Below, in pieces: positions 49,993 to 59,886 of a DNA stretch of 64,000 nt. The stretch covers positions 790,602 through 854,601 of the forward strand of contig CAVXGR010000012.1 of NCBI GenBank assembly GCA_963761335.1, in the 5' to 3' direction. The position numbers and the translations under genes were made by a program. Positions within the stretch are counted from its first letter, which is position 1; each line of letters opens with the position of its first letter. This DNA is from an uncultured delta proteobacterium (GTDB lineage Bacteria > Desulfobacterota > Binatia > HRBIN30 > BPIQ01). Under the pieces are notes generated by a model. The model searched no databases, was not told where the DNA came from, and saw only the letters and a program-made list of their open reading frames with translations.

Positions 49993-51498
49993 GTGGACCA
50001 CGACGGCAGCTCCGGGAAGCCAGTGATCCTTCTGACCGGTGCCACCGGATACGTCGGCGGTCGGCTGCTGGCGGCGCTGCGCGCCGCCGACTATCCGGTG
50101 CGCTGTCTGGCGCGACGACCCGAGTTCCTGACGGCGCGGGTCGACAGCGGGACGGAGGTCGTCAAGGGCGATTGTCTCGACGCCGCCTCGCTCGAGCCTG
50201 CCTGTGCGGGCGTGCACACGGCCTACTACCTGGTGCACTCGATGGGCTCGAACGGCGATTTCACCGAGCAGGACCGGGTCGCCGCCACCAACTTCGGTGC
50301 GGCAGCCCGTGCCGCCGGTGTGCGGCGTATCATCTATCTCGGCGGTCTCGGCAACACCAAGGGGCGGCTCTCGGCTCACTTGAAGAGCCGGCAGGAGACG
50401 GGTGAGGCGCTGCGGGCCAGCGGCGTGCCGGTGATCGAGCTGCGCGCTTCCATCGTGCTCGGCTCGGGCAGCCTGTCCTTCGAGCTCATCCGCGCCCTGG
50501 TCGAGCGCTTGCCGGTGATGCTCGGTCCGCGCTGGGTGCGCACGCCCGCGCAGCCGATCGCGATCGAGGACGTGCTCGCCTACCTGCTGGCTGCCATGCG
50601 GTTGCCGGGCGGACAGGAAGGCATCTTTGAGATCGGTGGCGCCGACCGGGTCTCGTACGCCGGGATCATGAGCGAGTATGCGCGGCAGCGGGGGCTGCGG
50701 CGTTGGATGATTCCGGTGCCGTTCCTGACGCCGCGGCTGTCGAGCTTGTGGTTGGGTCTCACCACGCCCGTATACGCACGCGTGGGTCGCAAGCTGATCG
50801 AAGGGGTCGAGAACGAAACCACCGTGCAGGACAGCCGCGCCTTGCAGGTGTTTGCCGTCCAGCCGATGGGGCTGCGGCAGGCCATCCAGAGGGCGATCCT
50901 CAACGAAGACCAGGAGTATGCGGCGACGCGATGGTCCGACGCCATCTCCTCGGCTGGCATGCCGCAGTCCTGGGGCGGCATGCGCTTCGGTACACGTCTG
51001 GTCGATTCGCGCGCCGTTCGCGTGCGCGCCTCGCCCGCGGCGGCGTTCGCGGCCATTCGGCGCATCGGCGGTGCCACCGGCTGGTACTACGGCAAGCAGC
51101 TGTGGAAGCTGCGCGGCTTCATCGACCTGCTGCTCGGCGGCGTGGGGATGCGCCGCGGGCGGCGCCATCCCGAGGATCTCGTGGTCGGAGATACGGTCGA
51201 TTTCTGGCGGGTCGAGGCCTACGAGCCCGGTGCCCGGCTGCGGCTGGCTGCAGAGATGAAGCTTCCCGGCCGCGCCTGGCTGGAGTTTGAGGTGAGTGCG
51301 GATGGCGATGGCACCATCATCCGGCAGATTGCGGTCTTCGATCCGGTGGGGTTGCTGGGATTGCTGTACTGGTATGGTATCTATCCGCTGCACGCCCGCG
51401 TCTTCGCCGGAATGCTGCGCGGTCTGGCCGAGCGCGCCGTCGAGATCCACGACATGCGAGATCCGGCCGCCCTGCCGGAGCTCGCCGGCAGACGATGA
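49993..51498 (+). CDS. NAD(P)-binding SDR/YbjT-like protein with DUF2867 domain
   Basis: TGATGYVG, YYLVHSM, AEMKLPGRAWL. Confidence 0.88.
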   Translation: MDHDGSSGKPVILLTGATGYVGGRLLAALRAADYPVRCLARRPEFLTARVDSGTEVVKGDCLDAASLEPACAGVHTAYYLVHSMGSNGDFTEQDRVAATNFGAAARAAGVRRIIYLGGLGNTKGRLSAHLKSRQETGEALRASGVPVIELRASIVLGSGSLSFELIRALVERLPVMLGPRWVRTPAQPIAIEDVLAYLLAAMRLPGGQEGIFEIGGADRVSYAGIMSEYARQRGLRRWMIPVPFLTPRLSSLWLGLTTPVYARVGRKLIEGVENETTVQDSRALQVFAVQPMGLRQAIQRAILNEDQEYAATRWSDAISSAGMPQSWGGMRFGTRLVDSRAVRVRASPAAAFAAIRRIGGATGWYYGKQLWKLRGFIDLLLGGVGMRRGRRHPEDLVVGDTVDFWRVEAYEPGARLRLAAEMKLPGRAWLEFEVSADGDGTIIRQIAVFDPVGLLGLLYWYGIYPLHARVFAGMLRGLAERAVEIHDMRDPAALPELAGRR

Positions 51499-51644
51499 AG
51501 GTTGAATCCGCCTGCGGGGCTCCATGAGCGGCCGTAGCGATCCCGCCCGGTCGTGCGCCCACGACAGCGACACGCGCTCCGACCTGCGGCGCCGCAGGGC
51601 TGGCAGCGCCGCACTCGCTCCGCTAACTTCTTCAGTACGGGAGC

Positions 51645-51944
51645 GTGATCATGCCGTTGATTCCATTGATCGCACTGCTGGTCGTGGGCAGCTTGCTGGC
51701 GCGGCGGGCGAACGAGATGTTCCTGCTGTCGATTCGCCAGGGCCAGGTCGACGTCGTGCGCGGCCGCGTCCCCGCGGCTCTGCTGGAGGCCATCAGCGAC
51801 GTCGCCCGCGATACCCGTCTCGAGCACGCCACGCTGCGCGGCATCCGCGGCCCCACGGGGGCACGCCTGGTCGTCCACGGCGCCGACGACAGAGTCGCCC
51901 AGCAGCTCCGCAACGTCTTCGGCGTCCACCGAACCCGCAACTGA
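51645..51944 (+). CDS. Small membrane-anchored protein (DUF3634-like)
   Basis: N-terminal TM segment, QQLRNVF. Confidence 0.6.
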   Translation: MIMPLIPLIALLVVGSLLARRANEMFLLSIRQGQVDVVRGRVPAALLEAISDVARDTRLEHATLRGIRGPTGARLVVHGADDRVAQQLRNVFGVHRTRN

Positions 51945-52022
51945 CCCCCCTGGGGGCGCCGCCGTCCCGCGCTCCCGGGAGGTTTGGCTAGGCCCGCGGC
52001 CCGGAGTAAGAAGGACGAGCGC

Positions 52023-52106
52023 GCCGGGGTGGTGGAACTGGCAGACACAAGGGACTTAAAATCCCTTGGGGGTTTCCCCGTGAGGGTTCGATCCCCTCCC
52101 CCGGCA
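52023..52106 (+). tRNA. tRNA-Leu(TAA), intronless
   Basis: GCCGGGG/CCCCGGC acceptor stem, AGGGA-CT-TAA-AA-TCCCT, GTTCGATCC. Confidence 0.95.
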
Positions 52107-52340
52107 TTTCTTTTATCTTTCAGGATGTTAGCGACAACGCGGCGGTCACTATAGTGTGCCAGAAGACACAGCCTCGCTTGGAAGCAATTTGGAAGCAAGA
52201 ACGGCCAGAGCACTGCCCCGGAGTTGCCCCAAGGCGCTCGCTGTTGCTGGTTGGGATTCCCGGCTGTCAATCGGCTTCCAAAATTGACCCCTTGGATCGG
52301 CGCTTTTGGGAGGCGATGCGTTGCGGAGACGATCAACCGA

Positions 52341-52376
52341 TTTATTGGATCGCACCGTTTTATTGGATCGCACCGT
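52341..52376. repeat. Perfect 18-bp tandem repeat, two copies
   Basis: TTTATTGGATCGCACCGT twice. Confidence 0.9.
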
Positions 52377-52513
52377 TTGTGTATATTGGGGCGTCCTGAG
52401 GTGCCGAAGGGCACGAAGGGTCGAAGAACAAGCGCAGTCGGGGGACACTGGAAGCACCGACCGTCAGAGCCGGTGACGGGAAGGCCGAGATGACCCATTG
52501 AGGTGCTGGAGTC

Positions 52514-52856
52514 TTGCTTACCAGACGCGTGCTTCACCTTGGCTGTGGCAAGGCCACGCTGTCGGGCGCCATCGGCGTCGATATCCGGCCTGGTGGTCGG
52601 GCCGGATCACGGCGGGCCCCTGGAGATCCTCGACGGCGGACGTCTAGGATTTCTGGCGGACGCCTTGTCGATCGACGCGATCGTAGAGGCCTTCGAGCGC
52701 GTTTGGTCGCTCTCCGACGCCGCGGCAGATGCGCTACGCACGCGCGCTGCGCGCTCCTGCCAGCAGCGCTTCGCCCCTGAGGTGATCGGACCACGGATCT
52801 GCGCCCTGCTCGGGCGCCACGGTGTCGAGCTGCCTGCAGGCCCGATCGCTTCCTGA
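52514..52856 (+). pseudogene. Fused remnants of a methyltransferase N-terminus and a GT4 C-terminus
   Basis: VLHLGCG..GVDIRP, then in another frame GPDHGGPLEILDGGRLG. Confidence 0.55.
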
Positions 52857-52903
52857 ACCCCAAGCGGCAGCAGCGTACCGCAGAGGAGCCTCGGGAGGTC
52901 AGC

Positions 52904-53704
52904 TCACCGCTCAGAGTCGAGACGTCGGGATGCAAGCTTGTGCCACAATCGGCGCACCGCTTGTGTCACGCTTCTTCGCAATGATTTCGTGCCCGGGATG
53001 TCGGCATGATGGATCACCACCTGCGGCGCAAACCACAAGCGGAACCCTTGTGCTCGTGCACGCTCGGAAAGCACTACACCTTCCTGCAGGGCGACGCCGG
53101 CGGCGCGGTAGCCGTACTTCTCCAACACACGCCGGTGAACCAATGCCGCAGCGTTCACCTGGTCGATCTCGATGAGCTCCGCCCCGGGGAAGCGCTCGAC
53201 TAGGGCTGGCAATGTGATCTCCTTGCCGTCGATCAGCTTGTGGCTGGTCAGGTCGTAAACCACGCCGTCGGGCAAGGTATAGAGCGGAATGACGACGTCG
53301 ACCGCGAAGCTGACCAATCTGCAGAGCGCGTCCGGTGGAATCCGCTCCAGGTCGGCGTCGAGCCAGAACACGTAGTCGTTGTCGCTCAGGTACTGGTCCA
53401 AGATGTGTTGCCGGAGACGGTTCAAGATCGACAACCGCTTCGGCTGCACCTCGGGCAGGTGTCTGGAAGTGTGCGGCAAGCGGAAGTGGAACGGCAGCCG
53501 TTCCAGATGCACCCGGCGGAACTGCGCTCGCAGATCCGGCAGGGCGCGTTCGAGGATGGCGAAGCTCTCATCCTCGCTGTCGTTCTCGACGAACGCGATA
53601 GCCAGGTGCGTCCTCGGATACAATGTGGCCTGCAGCTGCGCCAGAAACGTCGGCAGGAATGCAGCGCAGTTCTTGACCGGCGTGCCGATGAGGACCCGCT
53701 GCAT
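52904..53704 (-). CDS. Anp1/Mnn9-like GT-A glycosyltransferase
   Basis: VLIGTPVKN, LYP, ENDSED, VFWLDAD. Confidence 0.7.
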   Translation of the reverse strand: MQRVLIGTPVKNCAAFLPTFLAQLQATLYPRTHLAIAFVENDSEDESFAILERALPDLRAQFRRVHLERLPFHFRLPHTSRHLPEVQPKRLSILNRLRQHILDQYLSDNDYVFWLDADLERIPPDALCRLVSFAVDVVIPLYTLPDGVVYDLTSHKLIDGKEITLPALVERFPGAELIEIDQVNAAALVHRRVLEKYGYRAAGVALQEGVVLSERARAQGFRLWFAPQVVIHHADIPGTKSLRRSVTQAVRRLWHKLASRRLDSER

Positions 53705-53795
53705 ACAGAACGCTCCGGACCGATTCTGCGATGAGGAGCTGTGGCAGCAAGGGCCAGGGGGCCCCGGGGGGCCTATCGGGGCGTGGTCTCCATAC

Positions 53796-54998
53796 TTACG
53801 CGGCCTGTTCCGGAAACAGCCCTGGCATCCAGCGTGGCGCCAGCGCGGCCGGGAATGCGAGGAATAGGGGTGCCCGCGGCGTTTTGGAGACGAGAACGCC
53901 GCGTCCCAGTAACGACGACACAACACGCCGCGCCTGACGTTCGCCCATGCCGAGCAGGGCAGGAACGTCGCCGCGGGGAAGCTCACCGCGGAAGAGCACT
54001 GCCTCCAGCACCCGACCTGCTTTGGCTGGCAGATCGTCAGCCCGGACCTCTTCTTCGACCCACAGCAGGATGCGCTCGCGCAGGCGGTTCGGCTGGACGA
54101 GCCGTTCCATGAACCTCACCTGATCGAGGCAGGCCTCCAGGAAGAAGCGCGTGAAGGCGGCGAGCGCTTCTTCACTCAACGGCCCGCGGCCGTCGAGGTC
54201 ATTGCGCCGCGGCGCATCGCAACTGATCAAATGCGCCTTGTAGTTGCTCTCGTGGCGCGCCAGCCCGCGCGCGATCGACCAAATGCCGCCAGTGTCGAGT
54301 GCGTCGAGCAAGACTGCATGCGACATGAGCCGCGCCACGCGGCCGTTGCCATCGAGAAACGGGTGAATCCACAGCAGCCGGTGGTGAGCTGCTGCGGACG
54401 CGAGAATGGTTTCGGATTTCCCGAGCGCGCCGTAAACCTTCTCGAAGCGCTCAAGAAAGCGCGGCACGGCACCGGGGCTGATCGGGATATGCCGTCCCAC
54501 TCTCACATCGCGCCGACGCAGTTGGCCAGGGACGACAGCCACTTCCTCGCCAGTGTCCGGGTCGCTCACCTTGAGCAGTTCCTCGGGCAGCAGCTCGCCA
54601 AACCGCCGGTGCACTTCGCAGATGCCTTCTGCCGTGACCGCGCGCCCTTTTAGCCCGCCGCCGTCAATCCAGCTCTGGACGGCGACATGCGCTTTCGCTT
54701 CCAGTTGCAAGCTGCGCTTCCGCGCATCCGCGCTGTAGTCGTTCTTCATCGCCCGCTCGATATCGACCGGGTGCGTATCGTGGCCCTCGATGAGGTTCGA
54801 GTAGTAACAGTTCATGGCGCGGACGAGATCGGCCAGGGCATGGGTCACACCAGCGGGCAAGCTACGGCGCAGCCCTGCCGAGGCTGCGGCCAGCTCCACG
54901 GCGATGTCGATCAGCGACGGCCGGTGGCGGGAGTCCTCCGAGAGGAGCAAGCATTCCATTTCCCCCGGCTGCTCGTGACGATCAGCGACCCCTCGCAT
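53796..54998 (-). CDS. Fic-domain protein
   Basis: HPFLDGNGRVAR; YYSNLIEG. Confidence 0.92.
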   Translation of the reverse strand: MRGVADRHEQPGEMECLLLSEDSRHRPSLIDIAVELAAASAGLRRSLPAGVTHALADLVRAMNCYYSNLIEGHDTHPVDIERAMKNDYSADARKRSLQLEAKAHVAVQSWIDGGGLKGRAVTAEGICEVHRRFGELLPEELLKVSDPDTGEEVAVVPGQLRRRDVRVGRHIPISPGAVPRFLERFEKVYGALGKSETILASAAAHHRLLWIHPFLDGNGRVARLMSHAVLLDALDTGGIWSIARGLARHESNYKAHLISCDAPRRNDLDGRGPLSEEALAAFTRFFLEACLDQVRFMERLVQPNRLRERILLWVEEEVRADDLPAKAGRVLEAVLFRGELPRGDVPALLGMGERQARRVVSSLLGRGVLVSKTPRAPLFLAFPAALAPRWMPGLFPEQAA

Positions 54999-55260
54999 GT
55001 CCGTGTCTATGTCATCTCCATCAAATCACTAAGTTCATAGAATAATGATAAATCATCTCCATTCAAGGAAAAGAATGGCCATGAAAATGTCCGGTTTGAT
55101 GACCGTTTTTAGAAAACTCCCGAAAAAGGACAGAAACCGACTGCCCAGGCCATATTCCGCCAAAACTTCCGTCCAAGAGGGCAATCTGCAATCCAAGCAT
55201 TGGCGGCGCCGCCGACCTCGACGATCGTCACGGCAGCGGCGTGGCCCTGCCAGGCGTCCT

Positions 55261-55289
55261 TTGCAACTTCCCCCTCGCAGCCGTATCAT
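55261..55289 (+). promoter_or_regulatory. Putative sigma70 promoter of the tRNA remnant
   Basis: TTGCAA-N17-TATCAT. Confidence 0.5.
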
Positions 55290-55314
55290 GCGGCCTGATT
55301 TAGGCAGTGGAGAC

Positions 55315-55391
55315 GCGGGCGTGGCGGAAACGGCAGACGCAACGGACTTGAGCCAAAACTTGAGTGCTCGCCGGGAAACCGGCGATGCAGA
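55315..55391 (+). pseudogene. tRNA-Leu 5' exon plus truncated group I intron (P1, P2)
   Basis: GCGGGCGTGGCGGAAACGGCAGACGCAACGGACTT, a P1 stem with U-G pair, and a GAAA-capped P2; no intron core or 3' exon. Confidence 0.75.
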
Positions 55392-55500
55392 GTGACTTTC
55401 CGTTCCGAGGACAGGATTCTTGGGCGGAAGGCGGCTCACCACCAAGGGAAGATGACGAGATAGCGAATACTTGCTTCCTCTGCCCTGGGTTGATCGGGGT

Positions 55501-55932
55501 CTACTTCCCCAACTCCCGTAGCCACGTGCGCAACCGCACCTCGATGGTGTCGCGGACGCGCCGGAACGCCGTGAGTCGCTCGGCGTCGGTGCCGGATACC
55601 TGCACCGGGTCTTCGAACGGCCAGCGCATATTGCCGACCGCGAACGGGAAGAGACGGGGACACTGCCACTCGCCCTCAGTGCAGACGACAATCGCGTACT
55701 GAACGCTCGCTTTGCCGAGAAACTGGTTCACGCCCTTGGCCTGCAACCCGCTGACGTCCATGCCCGCTTCGATGAGAACCTGCCGCGTCAGCGGATGCAC
55801 CGCCGTCGGCTCCAGCCCAGCGCTGTACGCATCGAATCGATCACCGGCCAGGTGGGGAGCAACACCTCGGCCATCTGGCTACGCGCAGCATTGTGGGTGC
55901 AGAGAAAGAGAATGCCTTGCTTCCTTCCTCAT
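55501..55932 (-). pseudogene. arsC: Frameshifted arsenate reductase (LMW-PTP type)
   Basis: ILFLCTHNAARSQMAE is out of frame with both the ATG and the C-terminal WPFEDP part. Confidence 0.8.
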
Positions 55933-56339
55933 AGCTCGCTCCGTCGCCAGCCTTCGGTGGCGATCAGCTCCTCCACTCGCCGGCGAATCTCGTCGCGGAT
56001 GGCGCGCACACGCTCGATGGGTTGCCCCTTTGGGTCGGGAAGATTCCAATCCTGCCGGCGCAAACCGGGTACCACTGGACAGCTCTCGCCGCAGCCCATT
56101 GTGACCAGAAGCTGCGCACCCGCGGCCAACTCGTCAGTGAGCCGCGTGGGCTGCGCGGTACTCAGATCGATGCCGACCTCGCGCATGACCGCCACCACTT
56201 CCCGATGCACGTGCTCGGCGGGTTGGGTGCCGGCGGAGAGCGCACGAGCACGACTGCGATCGGCAAGTTGATTGAAAAACGCGGCGGCCATCTGCGACCG
56301 CCCAGCATTGTGGACGCAAGCGAAGATCACGGTCTTCAT
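55929..56339 (-). CDS. arsC: Arsenate reductase (LMW-PTP type)
   Basis: FACVHNAGRSQMA, TMGCGESCP, DW.LPDP. Confidence 0.9.
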   Translation of the reverse strand: MKTVIFACVHNAGRSQMAAAFFNQLADRSRARALSAGTQPAEHVHREVVAVMREVGIDLSTAQPTRLTDELAAGAQLLVTMGCGESCPVVPGLRRQDWNLPDPKGQPIERVRAIRDEIRRRVEELIATEGWRRSEL

Positions 56340-58087
56340 GCAGCCGCCTTGGCCAACAGCGATCGCACCGGGAATTCCCCCCATGGGGTGAGGGCGACCC
56401 GCGTCGCCAGCCCTTGCACCTCGTCGAGGTAGCGGCGTTCCCGACGACGCCGGCTCGCCAGCACTGGATCGCGGATCGCCAGCGGCGTGAGGCTCTGGTT
56501 GATGACCCACGCAAAGGGGGTGATGCCGGCCCGGGCGAGATCGCGCTGCAGCTGGGCGGCCTCATGCACCGGCGTCGCTTCCGGCAAGGTGACCAGCAGC
56601 GTCCGCGTGAACTCCGGATCGCGCAGCCGCGGCAACAGCTCGCGCACGGCTGCCGGTATGTCGGTCAGCGAACGCGCCACTTCGCGGTGGTATGCCTGCG
56701 CTGCGTCGAGCAGCAGCAGCGTGTGCCCGGTCGGGGCCGTGTCGATGACGACAAACCCGTCCCTCCCGCCGGCCACGATATGGGCGAAGGCGCGGAACAC
56801 GGCGATCTCCTCGGTGCAGGGAGAGCGCAGATCCTCTTCGAGCAACGCGCGGCCCTTGGCGTCGAGATTGGCTGCCGCTGTCCGCAGCACCTCGTCACTG
56901 TAGGCGCGGGTTTCCGCCTCCGGGTCGATCCGACTCACATGCAGCCCCGGCACGCCACCCTCCAGTGTTGCCTCCACATGCGCAGCCGGATCGGTGGTGG
57001 TGAGGTGAACCTGATGTCCGCGGCGCGCCAACTCTGTCGCAATGGCGACCGCCAGTGTCGTCTTGCCAACGCCACCCTTGCCCATTGCCATGATGACTCC
57101 GCGTCCGGAGCGCGCGATGTCTGTCACCAACGCATCCAAAGACAGCAAGCCGTCGCTGCCAACCGTCCGATCGGTTTCCACGTTCCGACTGTTTTTCCTG
57201 GCTGAGTCATCGCGCCCAAGGCCGCGTAGCGCCTCGATGCCCAGAATCTCGAACGGCACGAGCGGCACCTCGGTGCGCGGCAACGCTTGGAGCCCGAGCG
57301 GCATCTCTTCGAGCGCCTCACGGCCGCGTGCCTCAAGGGCGCGGGCCACGGGATCGGATCCGTCGCGCGTCGCGAACATACCATTGAGGATGAGGCGCTG
57401 ATTGGTGATTCCCAGGGCGGCCAGCTCGCCGCGCGTTCGCTCCGCCTCTTCGAGTGCCGTGCGCTCCGGCCGGCTCACCAAGACCAAGAGCGTCGCCGTC
57501 GGATCACCAAGGGCCGCGAGGGCGGCGCGGTAGAGACGGCGTTGCGCGTTCAAGCCGGCGAGCGGACCCAAGCACGATGTCCCACCGACATTCGAATCCA
57601 GGAACCCGCTCCACGCCGCAGGCAACTCGAGCAGCCGCAGCGTGTGGCCGGTTGGCGCCGTGTCGAAAACCACGTGGTCGAAGCCGGCCGTCGCGGCCGG
57701 ATCTCCGAGCAGCTTCGAGAACTCGTCGAAGGCCGCGATCTCGACCGTGCACGCGCCCGAGAGCTGCTCCTCGATGCTGGCCACTGCCGCTTGCGGCAGC
57801 ACGCCGCGGTACGGACCCACCACGCGCTCGCGGTACTCGCGTGCCGCGGCCTCCGGATCGAGGTTCAGAGCGAAGAGTCCCGGTACGGCGGAGATCGCTG
57901 TCGGTTGCGGCGATAGGGCTGCTCCGAGAACCTCGTCGAGGTTGGAGGCCGGGTCGGTGCTGACGAGCAGCACCCGCCGGCCACCATCGGCCAGAGCGAT
58001 TGCCGTCGCGCACGCCGTCGAGGTCTTGCCCACGCCGCCTTTGCCCGTGAAGAAGAGATGCCGCTCCGTTGCCTGGAGGAAATCCAT
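56336..58087 (-). CDS. arsA: Arsenical pump-driving ATPase
   Basis: Two GKGGVGKT and two DTAPTGH motifs; SGACT, SCLGP, SPCT. Confidence 0.95.
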   Translation of the reverse strand: MDFLQATERHLFFTGKGGVGKTSTACATAIALADGGRRVLLVSTDPASNLDEVLGAALSPQPTAISAVPGLFALNLDPEAAAREYRERVVGPYRGVLPQAAVASIEEQLSGACTVEIAAFDEFSKLLGDPAATAGFDHVVFDTAPTGHTLRLLELPAAWSGFLDSNVGGTSCLGPLAGLNAQRRLYRAALAALGDPTATLLVLVSRPERTALEEAERTRGELAALGITNQRLILNGMFATRDGSDPVARALEARGREALEEMPLGLQALPRTEVPLVPFEILGIEALRGLGRDDSARKNSRNVETDRTVGSDGLLSLDALVTDIARSGRGVIMAMGKGGVGKTTLAVAIATELARRGHQVHLTTTDPAAHVEATLEGGVPGLHVSRIDPEAETRAYSDEVLRTAAANLDAKGRALLEEDLRSPCTEEIAVFRAFAHIVAGGRDGFVVIDTAPTGHTLLLLDAAQAYHREVARSLTDIPAAVRELLPRLRDPEFTRTLLVTLPEATPVHEAAQLQRDLARAGITPFAWVINQSLTPLAIRDPVLASRRRRERRYLDEVQGLATRVALTPWGEFPVRSLLAKAAA

Positions 58088-58097
58088 CGACCCCACC

Positions 58098-58748
58098 TTA
58101 CTCGCAACAACCGGACTTCGCGGAAGCCGGTGCGCTCGCCGTCTGCGGGCTCGGCACCGCGCTCGGGCCACAGCAAGACGCCTTCGGGGTGTCGGCGCTG
58201 TCACTGCATGGCATCGCGACGCCCAGATATCGAGCGGCTAACTCGAGCATCGCCCTAGCGGGCGTCTCCTTCACCCGCTGCGCGGTTGCGACCGCACGCG
58301 CCATGTCCTCCTTCGACACGCCGAGCTTGCGTGCTTGATCGTAGTGGTACTTGAAGCAGGGTTCGCAGTTCACGGCGATCGCTGCGCCGATGGCAACCAG
58401 CTCGGCAACCGACTCCGAGTACAACGTCGGCGCCGGCTTGCCGTCGAGACCCGCCCATTGCGCCAGCTCAGCGCGCGTCGGATACGTCCCCTGGCTCACG
58501 ATGCGACCATCGACCAGGATGAGCGGCAGGCAGTCGGTGCCTCGTTCGGTGAGCGCTGCTTGCACAGCCGGAGCCGCCGCAAAGGCCGCCGGCTCCTGTG
58601 CGAGGTTGTGGCGGGTGACCTGTACGCCGTGCTCTGCGAGCCAGTCCAAGTCCGCCGCAAGGCGCGGCAGCACCGGATCGACGCTCGGGCCGCAGACGCC
58701 GGTCGAGCAGCACATCGATGGATCAAAGACTTCAACTCCAGCGGTCAT
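58098..58748 (-). CDS. arsD: ArsD metallochaperone fused to a CMD/AhpD-like domain
   Basis: MCCSTGVCGP; ELVAIGAAIAVNCEPC; Cys-pair tail. Confidence 0.88.
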   Translation of the reverse strand: MTAGVEVFDPSMCCSTGVCGPSVDPVLPRLAADLDWLAEHGVQVTRHNLAQEPAAFAAAPAVQAALTERGTDCLPLILVDGRIVSQGTYPTRAELAQWAGLDGKPAPTLYSESVAELVAIGAAIAVNCEPCFKYHYDQARKLGVSKEDMARAVATAQRVKETPARAMLELAARYLGVAMPCSDSADTPKASCCGPSAVPSPQTASAPASAKSGCCE

Positions 58749-58778
58749 TCATTCTCTCCTTCAGCTTTCTCTGGTTGA

Positions 58779-59045
58779 TTAGGGGCAGCAGTCGGACTGT
58801 CAGCGTTTGCCCACCGTTGTCACGTAGCCTGTCAGTAGCGCCGGCTCATTGCGGAAGTAGTGTCGCCGGAACCACAGCGCCACGTTGACCAGGCCGATCA
58901 GTAGCGAACCTTCGCGAGCGGTGGGTACATCATGAGGATGAGCCCGATAGCGATCGGGATGAACGTGGTCCCGACGCTAAAGCGGTTGAGAAAGGGCTCG
59001 ATGCCGGGAAGCAGGTATCCGCTCCTGACGCCCACCGCCATCCCC
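58779..59045 (-). pseudogene. acr3: Acr3 arsenite exporter with most of the gene deleted
   Basis: [20 protein letters not shown] joined directly to [11 protein letters not shown]. Confidence 0.85.
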
Positions 59046-59248
59046 GCGACACGGTCGGCCGCGGCACGCCCAAGATGTCGACCAGATCGCCGACGCACAG
59101 CGGACCATCCTGCACTAGCCGCAGAATGCGCAAGCGCGTGTGGTCCCGCAAACACGGGGAACATCGAGTCGACGCCCGCGCCGGTCTGCGACCGGCGCGT
59201 TCCCGAGCCGCGCTGCACAGCCCCATTTCCGCTTCTCTTTGCACGCAT
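59046..59248 (-). pseudogene. arsR: Truncated, frameshifted ArsR repressor
   Basis: [32 protein letters not shown], then fusion to acr3. Confidence 0.8.
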
Positions 59249-59418
59249 AGTATATCCGCATAAGCGATTATAGCGCCACGGCACAAGGAGTCAATCTGCG
59301 TGCGGCGCGGGCGGTTCGATTCCGGGCCGCGGAAACGGGATAGGAAGCGGTTCGCAGGCCTGAGAAGCCTGCGCGGCCTGCATCGAGCCATCGGGCACTG
59401 CTGGCGAGATCCTGTCCG

Positions 59419-59434
59419 TGGCACGGCCTCTGCT
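59419..59434 (+). promoter_or_regulatory. Putative sigma54 promoter
   Basis: TGGCACGGCCTCTGCT. Confidence 0.55.
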
Positions 59435-59487
59435 CCGCATGTGCATAGGCGAATGTAGTTGAGCGCCGCGCCAAAGGAGGAAAGGCG

Positions 59488-59886
59488 ATGGAAATAAAAG
59501 TTCTGCTCTGCAACTGCAAGGGGCTCTGCGACTCGTTCAAGGCCGCTGACATGAACACGCTGCCATTCGGCATCGAGTGCGACCTCGACGTGAAGTACAG
59601 CGTTCTGCACCCGCAGCTCTGCGGCCAGGGGGGCAACGCCGTCCTGGCGGACGTGTTCAAGTCGACCGACCCCGACACCTACGTTCTGGTCGGCGCCTGT
59701 GCTCCGGAAACACAGACCAGGCTGTTCAAGCGCATCATGCGCACGACCGGCTTCGACGAGCTGCGCTTCGTCCCGGTCGACATCCGCGGCACGGACAACG
59801 CCGGGATCGAGCAGCGGCTGAAGGAAGCCGTCGAGGGGATTCTCAAGCGAGCCGAGGCAGGCCCGCAAGCGGTGGTCGCCAGCTAA
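59488..59886 (+). CDS. Small Cys-rich protein resembling the HdrA N-terminal domain
   Basis: AGGAGG RBS; LCNC, QLC, VGAC.P, VDIR. Confidence 0.6.
   Translation: MEIKVLLCNCKGLCDSFKAADMNTLPFGIECDLDVKYSVLHPQLCGQGGNAVLADVFKSTDPDTYVLVGACAPETQTRLFKRIMRTTGFDELRFVPVDIRGTDNAGIEQRLKEAVEGILKRAEAGPQAVVAS

Noticed and set aside
48928..51573. Long antisense or alternate-frame ORFs (also 14028..16286, 11080..13275, 20014..22203)
   Set aside because: Shadow ORFs expected in high-GC DNA, overlapping well-supported genes
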